Assembly (NCBI GenBank): GCA_002269645.1 | Contig: NIVC01000658.1 | Coordinates: 248,001 to 312,000, forward strand | Direction: 5' to 3' | DNA length: 64,000 bases | Source of the DNA: Macrostomum lignano | Lineage: Eukaryota | Shown: positions 37,122 to 49,380 of the stretch, one piece after another | How the letters are laid out: each line of letters begins with the position of its first letter | Numbering within the stretch: position 1 is the stretch's first letter | The notes under the pieces: generated by a model | Told to the model about the DNA's origin: nothing | The model's database searches: none | What the model saw: only the letters and a program-made list of their open reading frames with translations | Position numbers and translations under genes: made by a program

Positions 37122-37372
37122 CGCCAGCGAGACATTCTCAGTTCGCCTGGGCCACACAGCCGCAGGCGACATCAGTGTGCAGGAGTTCAACGTCAGTCGG
37201 GTGGTTGTGCACGAGAGATTCTTCCAGCCCATCTACAGCAACGATGTCGCATTGTTAAAGCTGGACAAGCCGGCCCAGTTACTAAATTCCGTTGAGCCCA
37301 TCTGCCTGCCAGAGCCCGGAGAAGCATTCGACAACTCAATTGGCAGCGTAGCCGGCTGGGGAGCCACAGAGG
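37122..37372 (+). CDS. S1A protease exon with catalytic Asp (NDVALLKL, PICLP, VAGWG)
   Basis: Acceptor CTTCACAG| at 37121 (phase 2); donor G|GTGAGT at 37373 (phase 1). Confidence 0.9.
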
Positions 37373-37444
37373 GTGAGTCTGAGCTGACCATTGCGTGCCA
37401 TCGAATCGGTCAGATTTCTTTAGCGCTGCCTGAACCAATTTTAG

Positions 37445-37569
37445 ATAGCGACGTGGCCGACCGTCTCATGGAGACCCAACTGCCAGTGCTGAGCAACACC
37501 AGGTGCAAAGAACTCTATGCTGGCACCAGCAGACCAGTTTATGCCGAGAATATCTGCGCTGGGTTTTTG
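37445..37569 (+). CDS. S1A protease exon (DSDVADRLMETQLPVLSNTRC...ENICAGFL)
   Basis: 72-bp upstream intron ending TTTTAG|; donor TTG|GTATTC at 37570 (weak, phase 0). Confidence 0.82.
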
Positions 37570-37649
37570 GTATTCGTGCTATTTTTATAACTAGATAAAC
37601 AACATTCAGAAATCTGAGCACAACTCTTCCACTCTAACTCAAACAGCAC

Positions 37650-38392
37650 TATTAACCCGATTCACCAACAGCACTATAACCCGATTCACCAACAGCACTA
37701 TAACCCGATTCACCAACAGCACTATTAACCCGATTCACCAACAGCACTATAACCCGATTCACCAACAACACTATAACCCGATTCACCAACAGCACTATAA
37801 CCCGATTCACCAACAGCACTATAACCCGATTCACCAACAGCACTATAACCCGATTCACCAACAGCACTATAACCCGATTCACCAACAGCACTATAACCCG
37901 ATTCACCAACAGCACTATAACCCGATTCACCAACAGCACTATAACCCGATTCACCAACAGCACTATAACCCGATTCACCAACAGCACTATAACCCGATTG
38001 ACCAACAACACTATAACCCGATTCACCAACAGCACTATAACCCGATTCACCAACAGCACTATTAACCCGATTCACCAACAGCACTATAACCCGATTCACC
38101 AACAGCACTATAACCCGATTCACCAACAGCACTATAACCCGATTCACCAACAGCACTATAACCCGATTCACCAACAGCACTATAACCCGATTCACCAACA
38201 GCACTATAACCCGATTCACCAACAGCACTATAACCCGATTCACCAACAGCACTATAACCCGATTCACCAACAGCACTATAACCCGATTCACCAACAGCAC
38301 TATAACCCGATTCACCAACAGCACTATAACCCGATTCACCAACAGCACTATAACCCGATTCACCAACAGCACTATAACCCGATTCACCAACA
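37650..38392. repeat. 24-bp minisatellite AACCCGATTCACCAACAGCACTAT in a protease intron
   Basis: Direct reading. Confidence 0.97.
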
Positions 38393-38441
38393 TTTATCAA
38401 CTGATTAACCAGATCCGACCCAATGCACAAACGTTCTGCAG

Positions 38442-38624
38442 GCAGGAGAACGCGACGCTTGCACAGGTGATTCAGGCGGACCGTTGATGATCAACCGGCA
38501 GGACCTGTGGCTGGTGGCCGGCCTGGTGTCTCACGGCGATGGCTGCGGCCAGGCCAAAAGGCCGGGCGTCTACGCTCGGATGTCCGCCTATGCCGAATGG
38601 GTGCGGCGGAATGTGAACTCTTGA
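38442..38624 (+). CDS. S1A protease terminal exon with catalytic Ser (DACTGDSGGP); Asp189-equivalent implies trypsin specificity
   Basis: Acceptor TTCTGCAG| at 38441; AGERDACTGDSGGPLM...GLVSHGDGCGQAKRPGVYARM..YAEWV; TGA at 38622-38624. Not shown in the ORF track because it lacks a start codon. Confidence 0.93.
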   Translation, partial: AGERDACTGDSGGPLMINRQDLWLVAGLVSHGDGCGQAKRPGVYARMSAYAEWVRRNVNS

Positions 38625-38639
38625 CCATTAACTAAGCAA

Positions 38640-38663
38640 CCCTAACCCTAACCCTAACCCTAA
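38640..38663. repeat. Interstitial telomeric seed (CCCTAA)4
   Basis: Four perfect hexamers 15 nt after the protease stop codon. Confidence 0.8.
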
Positions 38664-38699
38664 TTAACGTTAATTGCTTGCTCCCAGGCTCAACTGGCT

Positions 38700-39375
38700 T
38701 GGAATATGGCCAGGGATTTTCGGCCAGGGATTATTGGCCAGGGATTATTGGCCAGGGATTATTGGCCAGGGATTATTGGCCAGGGATTATTGGCCAGGGA
38801 TTATTGGCCAGGGATTATTGGCCAGGGATTATTGGCCAGGGATTATTGGCCAGGGATTATTGGCATGGATTATTGGCCAGGGATTATTGGCCAGAGATTA
38901 TTGGCCAGGGATTGTTGGCCAGGAATTATTGGCATGAATTATTGGCATGGATTATTGGCCAGGGATTATTGGCCAGGGATTATTGGCATGAATTATTGGT
39001 ATGGATTATTGGCCAGGGATTATTGGCCAGAGATTATTGGCCAGGGATTGTTGGCCAGGAATTATTGGCATGAATTATTGGCATGGATTATTGGCCAGGA
39101 ATTATTGGCCAGGGATTATTGGCATGAATTATTGGTATGGATTATTGGCCAGGGATTATTGGCCAGAGATTATTGGCCAGGGATTGTTGGCCAGGAATTA
39201 TTGGCATGAATTATTGGCATGGATTATTGGCCAGGAATTATTGGCCAGGGATTATTGGCATGAATTATTGGTATGGATTATTGGCCAGGAATTATTGGCC
39301 AGGGATTATTGGCATGAATTATTGGCATGGATTATTGGCCAGGAATTATTGGCCAGGATTACTGGCATGGATTAT
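38700..39375. repeat. ~14-bp minisatellite GGGATTATTGGCCA with variants
   Basis: Direct reading. Confidence 0.95.
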
Positions 39376-39549
39376 TAATTACTGAGCAGATAATTAATCT
39401 TTACTTTCCTATCCCTTATATCGTCATACATCCAAGCCCAAAAAATCCAAATATATCTTTGGAAAATCGTTCTACTTGTTTATCATAAATGAATGATCAA
39501 TTATTCTCGAATTTATTTTCGCAAAGATTTAAATGCAAATTCTTAATGC

Positions 39550-40648
39550 ATAGATTTCCCAATGGTCTCATAGATTTCCTAATGATCTCACAGATTTCCC
39601 AATGATCTCATAGATTTCCCAATGATCTCATAGATTTCCCAATGATCTCATAGATTTCCCAATGATCTCATAGATTTCCTAATGATCTCATAGATTTCCC
39701 AATGGTCTCATAGATTTCCCAATGATCTCATAGATTTCCCAATGATCTCATAGATTTCCTAATGATCTCATAGATTTCCTAATGATCGCATAGATTTCCC
39801 AATGATCTCATAGATTTCCCAATGATCTCATAGATTTTCCAATGATCTCATAGATTTCCCAATGATCTCATAGATTTTCCAATGATCTCATAGATTTCCC
39901 AATGATCTCATAGATTTCCCAATGATCTCATAGATTTCCCAATGATCTCATAGATTTCCTAATGATCTCATAGATTTCCCAATGATCTCATAGATTTCCC
40001 AATGATCTCACAGATTTCCCAATGATCTCACAGATTTCCTAATGATCTCACAGATTTCCCAATGATCTCATAGATTTCCCAATAATCTCATAGATTTCCC
40101 AATGATCTCACAGATTTCCCAATGATCTCATAGATTTCCCAATGATCTCACAGATTTCCCAATGATCTCATAGATTTCCCAATGATCTCATAGATTTCCC
40201 AATGATCTCATAGATTTCCCAATGATCTCATAGATTTCCCAATGATCTCATAGATTTCCCAATGATCTCATAGATTTCCCAATGATCTCATAGATTTCCT
40301 AATGATCTCATAGATTTCCCAATGATCGCATAGATTTCCCAATGATCTCATAGATTTCCCAATGATCTCATAGATTTCCCAATGATCTCATAGATTTCCC
40401 AATGATCTCACAGATTTCCCAATGATCTCATAGATTTCCCAATGATCTCACAGATTTCCCAATGATCTCATAGATTTCCCAATGATCTCACAGATTTCCC
40501 AATGATCTCATAGATTTCCCAATGATCTCATAGATTTCCTAATGATCTCATAGATTTCCCAATGATCTCATAGATTTCCTAATGATCTCATAGATTTCCC
40601 AATGATCTCATAGATTTCCTAATGATCTCATAGATTTCCCAATGATCT
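39550..40648. repeat. 20-bp minisatellite ATAGATTTCCCAATGATCTC, ~55 copies
   Basis: Direct reading. Confidence 0.98.
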
Positions 40649-41639
40649 CCTTCTTGTTTAAAATGATAATACTAGATGCATACGCTCGTAGAGTGAAACG
40701 CTGTCAAAAGTTTCGTTTCAGTTTCTGGTTACATTCAAGTGCAAAGTCCTACTAGAAGAAATGTGAAGAAAAAAGTGGAATTTAGTTTTGGGGCCTCTTA
40801 TCTTGCTGTCTATAGCTCCATCGTATCTTGCACACATTTCAAGTGCAATCTATTGATCTACACGTAAACAGAAAGGTGGCTTAAAAGATCAGCTTAGCGC
40901 TGAAAACACAAACATTTCCGTTTTCTTCGCTGCTACGAGTACGAACGTAAATTTAACGTCGAAAACGAAAATCAGATTTTTGCGTAACTACTACTCAGAT
41001 AAGCTTTTCAAGTAGTATAATAGAATATCAATAAATTTTTTTCAAAAGGAGCATTTTAACTACAAAAAGACTTAAGAAGACATTTTCGTTGATATTTTTA
41101 TGAAATTCGATAAAAAGTGTTTTGTTTGCTATTCGTAGATGTGATTTTTGACTATAAAATGCCACTTGACAACCGCCAATGCTTTGTTTCGTCTAATTTA
41201 AAAATTGAGTTGGCGAAGATAATTGTATATTGTTCATCCGGTTGAAAACATCCTTGACCTTTCGAGTTCAACCTGCCTGTATTTTTCAGGTCAATTTTTT
41301 AATGTCGGACTGTACTGCCATATTTTGATATATTGCAATAAAAACAGGATATTTTCGACGCAAGGAAGTGTTAAACCTAAATTTAGCATTTTTCGGATCA
41401 ATTAATTCTATCAAGGGCGTAAAAATGACACAAATCGCAGAGACAAACTTCCATTTTATTAGTAAGTATTTTGAAAAAAGCACTGGGCGAGAAATGATGA
41501 AATAATTATAGGAGTGGAGGATACGGAAGGGCAAGGGAGAGACGATTTGGGGCAGTAGTATGCGAGGTAGAGTGAGTGGAAGGTTAAGAGTGAGTGAGAG
41601 AGAAGAGTGAAAGGTGGTTGAGAAAGAAGGATGAGAACG

Positions 41640-42210
41640 AGGGGAAGAGGGGGGGCGAGAGCAATGATGAGATGGAGAGTGGGAACGAGGGCGAGAACGA
41701 GGGCGAGGGGGAGGGTGAGAGGGAGGGCGAGAACGAGGGGAGAGAGAAGGTGAGAGAGAAGGTGAGAAAGAAGGGGAGAGAGAAGGGGAGAGAGAAGGGG
41801 AGAGAGAAGGGGAGAGAGAAGGGGAGAGAGAAGGGGAGAGAGAAGGGGAGAGAGAAGGGGAGAGAGAAGGGGAGAGAGGTGAGAGAGAAGGGGAGAGAGA
41901 AGGGGAGAGAGAAGGGGAGAGAGGTGAGAGAGAAGGGGAGAGAGAAGGGGAGAGAGAAGGGGAGAGAGAAGGGGAGAGAGAAGGGGAGAGAGAAGGGGAG
42001 AGAGGTGAGAGAGAAGGGGAGAGAGAAGGGGAGAGAGAAGGGGAGAGAGGAAGTGAGAGAGAGAGGGTGAGCGCTATGGTGGGAGGGATGGTGAGAGGAA
42101 AGGCGAGGAGGGGGGTGAGAAGGGGTCGAGAGGAAGGGTGTGAGGGGGTGGGATGGAGGGGGAGAGGAAGGGTGTGAGGGGGTGGGATGGAGGGGGAGAG
42201 GAAGGGTGAG
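41640..42210. repeat. Polypurine tract including a 12-bp array GAGAAGGGGAGA
   Basis: Direct reading. Confidence 0.93.
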
Positions 42211-42879
42211 AATGTGGGTTAGAGAGTGTTTTATGCCTCAGTAGTTCACACAGAAAATTCTACCAGAAAGGATCAGATTGAGTTGTAAAAAGTCCGCACC
42301 TACGAGCCAAACCTTGAGCAAACACAGCATCATTATGGCTCGTTCAAAAGCCCTCCATACTGCCGTATCTTTCCACTGAAACTGCGTGTCTGCATGTTCT
42401 GAGTTCATGCGACATTGTGATAGAAAGTTTTTACATTCGGCTAGCAAACACCAAATAGACTGGCTGGGCAATGTCAACTGAGTCGCCTGTCCAGATTCCA
42501 GAAATCGCAAGTATTAAAGCGAGTATTAAAAGCAGAGTCAAACAGAGTGTCGGAGACTCTCAGACTGAATTGAAGTATTGCCATATCTATCAAGAGTTCA
42601 GTTGAAGTTGAACAATTCATCGCAATTCTGGTAAGAATTTATTTATCAAAACCCTGTGTTGTTGAGCGCCAAGATAAACACAATAAACACAAGATAAGCA
42701 AATTGTGATAAACTCAAGTAATGAACTGGGTTATAAACACAAGCTATACACCGATTGATAAGCAAAAGCTAAACACGCATTGATAAACATAAGCTAAACA
42801 AAGATTGATAAACACAAGCTAAAACACACTAAAAAAACAAACTACACACAGATTGATTAACACAAGCCACAACACAAAT

Positions 42880-43350
42880 CAATAAACACAAGCTTTAGAC
42901 ACAGGCAGATAAACACAAGCTTTAGACACAGGCAGATAAACACAAGCTTTAGACACAGGCAGATAAACACAAGCTTTAGACACAGGCAGATAAACACAAG
43001 CTTTAGACACAGGCAGATAAACACAAGCTTTAGACACAGGCAGATAAACACAAGCTTTAGACACAGGCAGATAAACACAAGCTTTAGACACAGGCAGATA
43101 AACACAAGCTTTAGACACAGGCAGATAAACACAAGCTTTGGACACAGGCAGATAAACACAAGCTACAGGCAGATAAACACAAGCTACAGGCAAATAAACA
43201 CAAGCTACAGGCAGATAAACACAAGCTACAGGCAGATAAACACAAGCTGCAGGCAGATAAACACAAGCTACAGGCAGATAAACACAAGCTACAGGCAGAT
43301 AAACACAAGCTACAGGCAGATAAACACAAGCTACAGGCAGATAAACACGC
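42880..43350. repeat. Bipartite minisatellite: 27-bp ATAAACACAAGCTTTAGACACAGGCAG then 21-bp ATAAACACAAGCTACAGGCAG
   Basis: Direct reading. Confidence 0.95.
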
Positions 43351-43511
43351 TATAAAAACAAGTCGAGCTATTTAATTAAACACAATCTTACTAAACTGAT
43401 GACAATAGAGAAGCAGTTTATTACTATTATGAGCAATTAATAAACTCAGACAGTGCAGATCGATAAACACAAGCCGTGAAAATTAAACACAAATTCTGCA
43501 GCAGTTTCCAA

Positions 43512-44498
43512 ATGTCAGACGACGCAGCCGAAGGCCCGGTGGGGGAGGAGGCGCAGCGGGCTGAGACGGACCGCCAGAGCTCCGGCCGGCCCCGCCGCCG
43601 CGGACGCCGAGTGCCTCGCCGGCTGCTGCGGCAGCTGCGCCGCTTCGTTCTTGACGACGAGTTCGACGACGACGACAAGGCGGCAGCGGCAGCGGCAGCT
43701 GCTGGTAACAACGCGGCCGCCTCGCCCGCCGACGCTAAAGACGGCGACGTCGACGAGATCCGACGTCGGACGGCGCCAACAGGCCTGGTCGGGCGGTGCC
43801 GCGACCTGCACCATCAGGCCGCGCTGATGCAGCGGCGCCTCGAGGCCGACCAGGCCGACCAGGCTGCCCCGGCGGCGCTTGTGGCCTACCAGCGGCGCGG
43901 CCGGCAGGCCCGGCGCTTCGGCAACGTGGCCATCTTTGGCCTTCAAGCTTCCTCGTCGTCATCGTCGTCGTCGTCGACGGAGTCGATCGAGACGCTGCCG
44001 GTGGACAACGCGGCCAGCAGGCAGTCGGCTTCTCGCTCCGCCCTGCCGCCGATGCCGTCCATGGCGCCGCGCAGTCGATTCTACGACGTCCTCGAAGGCT
44101 GCCGGCGGAGTCAAGCCTTCGGCGCCCGATTCGATCTGGACGGGTGCCGCTGCCGGTTCCAGCTGGTCGCCAGGAGGCGCGTGGAGCCGCCAGGTGGCGG
44201 GCTGCGTAGGCTGGCGGCCTGGGAGCGGCTGGAGCTGGTCCGCTGCGCCGCCAGCCTGCAGTTCCAGTTTGGCCTGCGCCGCTGCAGCCTGCAGGTGCCG
44301 CGTCAACTTGGCGCCGCTCTGGCGCTGGCGGATCAGCGCGACGTGGTCCAGGGCCTGGTCCCCTGCGGCCTGGTGCTGGTGCCGGAGACGGAGCGCTATC
44401 TGGCGGCGTTCCGGTACGCCTGCGCCGCCAACCTCGTGCCGGGCTGGCCGCACCGGGCCGAGCACTGGGTGGGGCCGCTCTGGCCGCACCCGTGCAGG
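43512..44498 (+). CDS. Uncharacterised protein, first coding exon (MSDDAAEGPVGEE...WPHPCR)
   Basis: Acceptor TTCTGCAG| at 43501 just before the ATG; long GC3-rich ORF; donor AGG|GTGAGG at 44499; no family recognised. Confidence 0.7.
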
Positions 44499-44630
44499 GT
44501 GAGGCTTTTCTTAGTGCTTGTGTCCGTGCCTGTGTCCGTGCCTGTGTCTGTGCCTGCGCCTGCACGTGCCTGTGCCTGCATGAGTACTAGCTCTACCAAC
44601 TCTCAAGCAGCGCCAATTAAAATCCCAAAG

Positions 44631-44782
44631 GACCCAAAGTTTGATGACGAGCTCTACGATAAAAATGTCATCCTGGTTGCTCAAGACGACACTCGACAAG
44701 GTCTCCTGGACCCCGTGCTGACCGTGACTCCGCGACCGCCTACTGAGCAGCAGATGAAGCAGGTGCAACAACAGGCTTACAG
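44631..44782 (+). CDS. Uncharacterised protein, middle exon (DPKFDDELYDKNVILVAQDD...QQQAYR); 5' boundary uncertain
   Basis: Phase-0 acceptor CCCAAAG| at 44630 (44499-44630 is also open and could be retained); donor AG|GTATGA at 44783, phase 2. Confidence 0.55.
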
Positions 44783-44784
44783 GT

Positions 44785-45193
44785 ATGATTATCAGGTAAC
44801 CGTTGTGATTAACAGACAGCCACAATGATTATCAGACAGCGGCAGTGATTATCAGAGACCCACAATGATTATCAGACAGCCACAGTGATTATCAGACGCC
44901 CACAATGATTATCAGACGCCCACAATGATTATCAGACAGCCACAATGATTATCAGACGCCCACAATGATTATCAGACGCCCACAATGATTGTCTGACAGC
45001 CACAATGATATCAGACGCCCACAATGATTATCAGACGCCCACAATGATTGTCAGACGCCCACAATGATTATCAGAGACCCACAATGATTATCAGACGCCC
45101 ACAATGATTATCAGAGACCCACAATGATTATCAGACGGCCACAATGATTATCAGACGCCCACAATGATTATCAGACGCCCACAATGATTATCA
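44785..45193. repeat. 20-bp minisatellite ATGATTATCAGACGCCCACA filling the intron 44783-45238
   Basis: Direct reading. Confidence 0.95.
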
Positions 45194-45238
45194 TTCTTGC
45201 ATGTCAGCTCATCAACCAGCCGAAACGCCGCACCGCAG

Positions 45239-45848
45239 GCGGCTCAACGCCCTGGCCAAGCAGCAGGAGGATCAGGCGAAGCTGCAGAAACGGCGGCGCC
45301 AGCTCCAGCGGCTGGCCGAGTGCCACCCGACCTACAAAGGCTTCATTCTGCTGCGCCATCCGCGGCAGCCGCAGCTGCTGGGATTCTGCAGCCAGTGGTC
45401 CATGTCCGTCGAGCCTGGCTCGCACTCGGACAGTCACCCCAGCCGGCCCAGCCCCGAGGAGCTGTTGGGTCTGCTGGAGGTGATGGACAGCTTCGTTGAA
45501 GATGTACTTCTCGGCAATGACGGCGGGGGCGGCGGCGGCGGCGGTGGCGGTGGCTGCAAGCTGAACGTGAGCCTGGACAGCCCCTACCAGTTCCCGGGCA
45601 GCTGCGACAGCGTCTTCGGCTGCCTGCAGCTTCCAGCGGCGGCCACCGCAGCGTTCGATCGGCGGCGTCGCCACGGCGGCTTACTGGAGCAGCTGCCGCA
45701 ACTGCGGCAGTCCCCGCCGACCGGACCTTCGGCCTCCGCGATGGAGCATCCGGCATCGGCGACTGACAGCCGGCCGCAGACCGGGCACATCTTTGTGGAC
45801 CCCAACTACGAGACAGCGGAGGAGACTTCACGCTGCAAGCTGCAGTGA
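45239..45848 (+). CDS. Uncharacterised protein, terminal exon (RLNALAKQQEDQAKLQKRRR...SRCKLQ*)
   Basis: Acceptor CACCGCAG| at 45238, phase 2 matches the 44783 donor; TGA at 45846-45848. Confidence 0.7.
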
Positions 45849-45877
45849 AGCCGTCGGGGCTGTGAGAGGTCTACGGA

Positions 45878-46370
45878 AGGTTAGGGAGTCAGCTACAGAG
45901 GGTTAGGGAGTCAGCTACAGAGGGTTAGGGAGTCAGCTACAGAGGGTTAGGGAGTCAGCTACAGAGGGTTAGGGAGTCAGCTACAGAGGGTTAGGGAGTC
46001 AGCTACAGAGGGTTAGGGAGTCAGCTACAGAGGGTTAGGGAGTCAGCTACAGAGGGTTAGGGAGTCAGCTACAGAGGGTTAGGGAGTCAGCTACAGAGGG
46101 TTAGGGAGTCAGCTACAGAGGGTTAGGGAGTCAGCTACAGAGGGTTAGGGAGTCAGCTACAGAGGGTTAGGGAGTCAGCTACGGAGGGGATGCCAGCTAC
46201 AGAGGGGATGCCAGCTACAGAGGGGATGCCAGCTACAGAGGGGATGCCAGCTACAGAGGGGATGCCAGCTACAGAGGGGATGCCAGCTACAGAGGGGATG
46301 CCAGCTACAGAGGGGATGCCAGCTACAGAGGGGATGCCAGCTACAGAGGGGATGCCAGCTACAGAGGGGT
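45878..46370. repeat. Bipartite minisatellite: 22-bp GGTTAGGGAGTCAGCTACAGAG then 18-bp ATGCCAGCTACAGAGGGG
   Basis: Direct reading; the MPATEG ORF is its translation. Confidence 0.95.
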
Positions 46371-46814
46371 ATCTAGATATCCAGAGGGTTAGGCCGGGAG
46401 TCAGTTACAGAGGCTCAGCTACAGAGGTGACAATGTCGCAATTCGCGTGCTCGCGCAAAATACCCGATTTATACATTTTTTGCTTCTGTTCTACTCATAG
46501 TAGTCTCAAGTAGCATCGTTATTTATCCAGCGGTGTCAAGGATACATGTAATTATTCGTGTTTTGCATGTCCTGAACTTCCATTATTTTTCGGTCAAATG
46601 GGTATATTTTTTCCTTAGTGATAATTTCAAAATGAAAGTAAAACAAATATACAATAAGACACTTCAGAAGCAAACCTGCCGTTTTCATTTTGATGAATAC
46701 AAATATAAGTCATCCACTCGAAAAGATATTGATTAAAAAACACTGCATTCAAATGACTGCGACCGAATTAAATAAAAAAACAGTACATATCGGGAAACTT
46801 GACTTCCTTCTACA

Positions 46815-47660
46815 CAGGTTCCACTCCTGTCGAACAGGTTCCACTCCTGTCTAACAGTTTCCACTCCTGTCTAACAGTTTCCACTCCTGTCTAACAGTTT
46901 CCACTCATGTCTAACAGGTTCCACTCCTGTCGAACAGGTTCCACTCCTGTCTAACAGTTTCCACTCCTGTCTAACAGTTTCCACTCCTGTCTAACAGTTT
47001 CCACTCATGTCTAACAGGTTCCACTCCTGTCTAACAGTTTCCACTCATGTCTAACAGGTTCCACTCCTGTCTAACAGTTTCCACTCATGTCTAACAGGTT
47101 CCACTCCTGTCTAACAGGTTCCACTCCTGTCTAACAGGTTCCACTCCTGTCTAACAGTTTCCACTCCCGTCTAACAGGTTCCACTCCTGTCTAACAGTTT
47201 CCACTCATGTCTAACAGGTTCCACTCCTGTCTAACAGGTTCCACTCCTGTCTAACAGTTTCCACTCCCGTCTAACAGGTTCCACTCCTGTCTAACAGGTT
47301 ACACTCCTGTCTAACAGTTTCCACTCATGTCTAACAGGTTCCACTCCTGTCTAACAGGTTCCACTCCTGTCTAACAGTTTCCACTCCTGTCTAACAGGTT
47401 CCACTCCTGTCTAACAGGTTCCACTCCTGTCTAACAGTTTCCACTCCCCTCTAACAGGTTCCACTCCTGTCTAACAGGTTCCACTCCTGTCTAACAGTTT
47501 CCACTCATGTCTAACAGGTTCCACTCCTGTCTAACAGTTTCCACTCCTGTCTAACAGGTTCCACTCCTGTCTAACAGGTTCCACTCCTGTCTAACAGGTT
47601 CCACTCCTGTCTAACAGGTTCCACTCCTGTCTAACAGGTGACACTCCTGTCTAACAGGTG
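46815..47660. repeat. 20-bp minisatellite TTCCACTCCTGTCTAACAGG
   Basis: Direct reading. Confidence 0.97.
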
Positions 47661-48604
47661 ACAGCAAAAAAGCAAAGAAAAGACTGCAGATTTCACAAAA
47701 TCCATTTGATAAGCTTTGAACACGCTAATTAAAGAGCTAAATAATAATTAATAGTAGTGATGCTTAATAATAATAAGTAGCAATAAATTGTATTTCATAG
47801 TAGGTTTACTGATTTCAAAGTGCACAGGAGGAACCAACTTAACAACTGCAGAATTTCAAATATTTACAAAAAATAAAGACTTGTAGATGGTCAAAATCAA
47901 TCTCTCGTCGGATCAATCAAAAAGGTGCGGGTAGAGGAGCAACTGCCACCAGAAACGAAGTTAATAATGAGAAAAAAGCAAAAAAAGTTTCAGAACAGAC
48001 TGCGAGCAAAAATTTATAGAGCGTATTATATATATTACTAAAGACTGGCCAAGGTAAGCCTAATGAAGCCAGTAGTATATATAGTGTAGAGCATGTATTT
48101 TGAAAAAAAATCAGAAATTAAAACAGCTGAAAATATTAGATTGTAAATAAAGTTCACACGCTAGAAAAAAAAGTACAGCTAGACAATTTTTTGAAATGAT
48201 CTTTTAAGCCAACTAACGACTACAGAAATTGTTATACCGAAAGGAAAAGCTCGCAACCGCAATCCAGTCCGAATGATTATATAACAGCTATTTGCTAAAC
48301 AAAACTACTATAAGTAATATATCCTAGATAATAATAGCATTATTCGGACACAACAGAGACTGTTTAACTGGCTGGCAAAACAATCTGTAGGAAAGAATTC
48401 AATCAATCAGAAAAATGGTAGCACAGTAATTATCCTTTAAACTTCTCTCTTTACTGGTCAAAAATCGGAGAAGCACTGTGGGTTTCTTTCTCGCTCAAAG
48501 TGAAACAACATCAAATGAAAATTAGCGGAAAAAAAAATCAGGGCAGCTCACGGCTTGCAGCATGCAAATAATCTGCTGGTTGTATTGACTAATTTATGCC
48601 GCAG

Positions 48605-49380
48605 TGAGGGACATGAGAGGCAGGGAGAGGGAAAATGAGAGGCAGGGGGAGATGAGAGGTAGGGGGATGAGAGGCAGGGGAGATGAGAGGTAGATGGGGA
48701 GATGAGAGGTAGAGGGGAGATGTGAGATGGGAGGTAGGGGAGAAAAGAGGTAGAGGGAAGATGAGAAGCAGGGGAGATGAGAGGTAGATGGGGAGATGAG
48801 AGGCAGGGGAGATGAGAGGCAGGGGGAGATGAGAGGCAGGGGGAGATGAGAGGCAGGGGAGATAAGAGGTAGGGGAGATGAGAGGTAGAGGGGAGATGAG
48901 AGGCAGGGGTAGATGAGAGGCAGGGGTAGATGAGAGGCAGGGGAGATGAGAGGCAGAGGGAGATGTGAGGCAGGGGGAGATGATAGGCAGGGGGAGATGA
49001 GAGGCAGGGGTAGATGAGAGGCAGGGGTAGATGAGAGGCAGGGGGAGATGAGAGGCAGGGTAGATGAGAGGCAGGGGAGATGAGAGGCAGGGGAGATGAG
49101 AGGCAGGGGGAGATGAGAGGCAGGGTAGATGAGAGGCAGGGGAGATGAGAGGCAGGGGGAGATGAGAGGCAGGGGGAGATGAGAGGCAGGGTAGATGAGA
49201 GGCAGGGGAGATGAGAGGCAGGGGGAGATGAGAGGCAGGGGGAGATGAGAGGCAGGGTAGATGAGAGGCAGGGGAGATGAGAGGCAGGGGGAGATGAGAG
49301 GCAGGGGGAGATGAGAGGCAGGGTAGATGAGAGGCAGGGGAGATGAGAGGCAGGGGGAGATGTGAGGCATAGGGCAAGGG
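48605..49380. repeat. Purine-rich ~18-bp minisatellite GAGAGGCAGGGGGAGAT
   Basis: Direct reading. Confidence 0.95.

Noticed and set aside
42238-42510. 90-aa minus-strand ORF ending at a donor-like AAG|GTTTGG
   Set aside because: No recognisable domain and no partner exons could be linked in phase.
46190-46370. MPATEG peptide-repeat ORF suggesting a repetitive structural protein
   Set aside because: It is the 18-bp half of a bipartite minisatellite downstream of a stop codon, with no synonymous variation between units.
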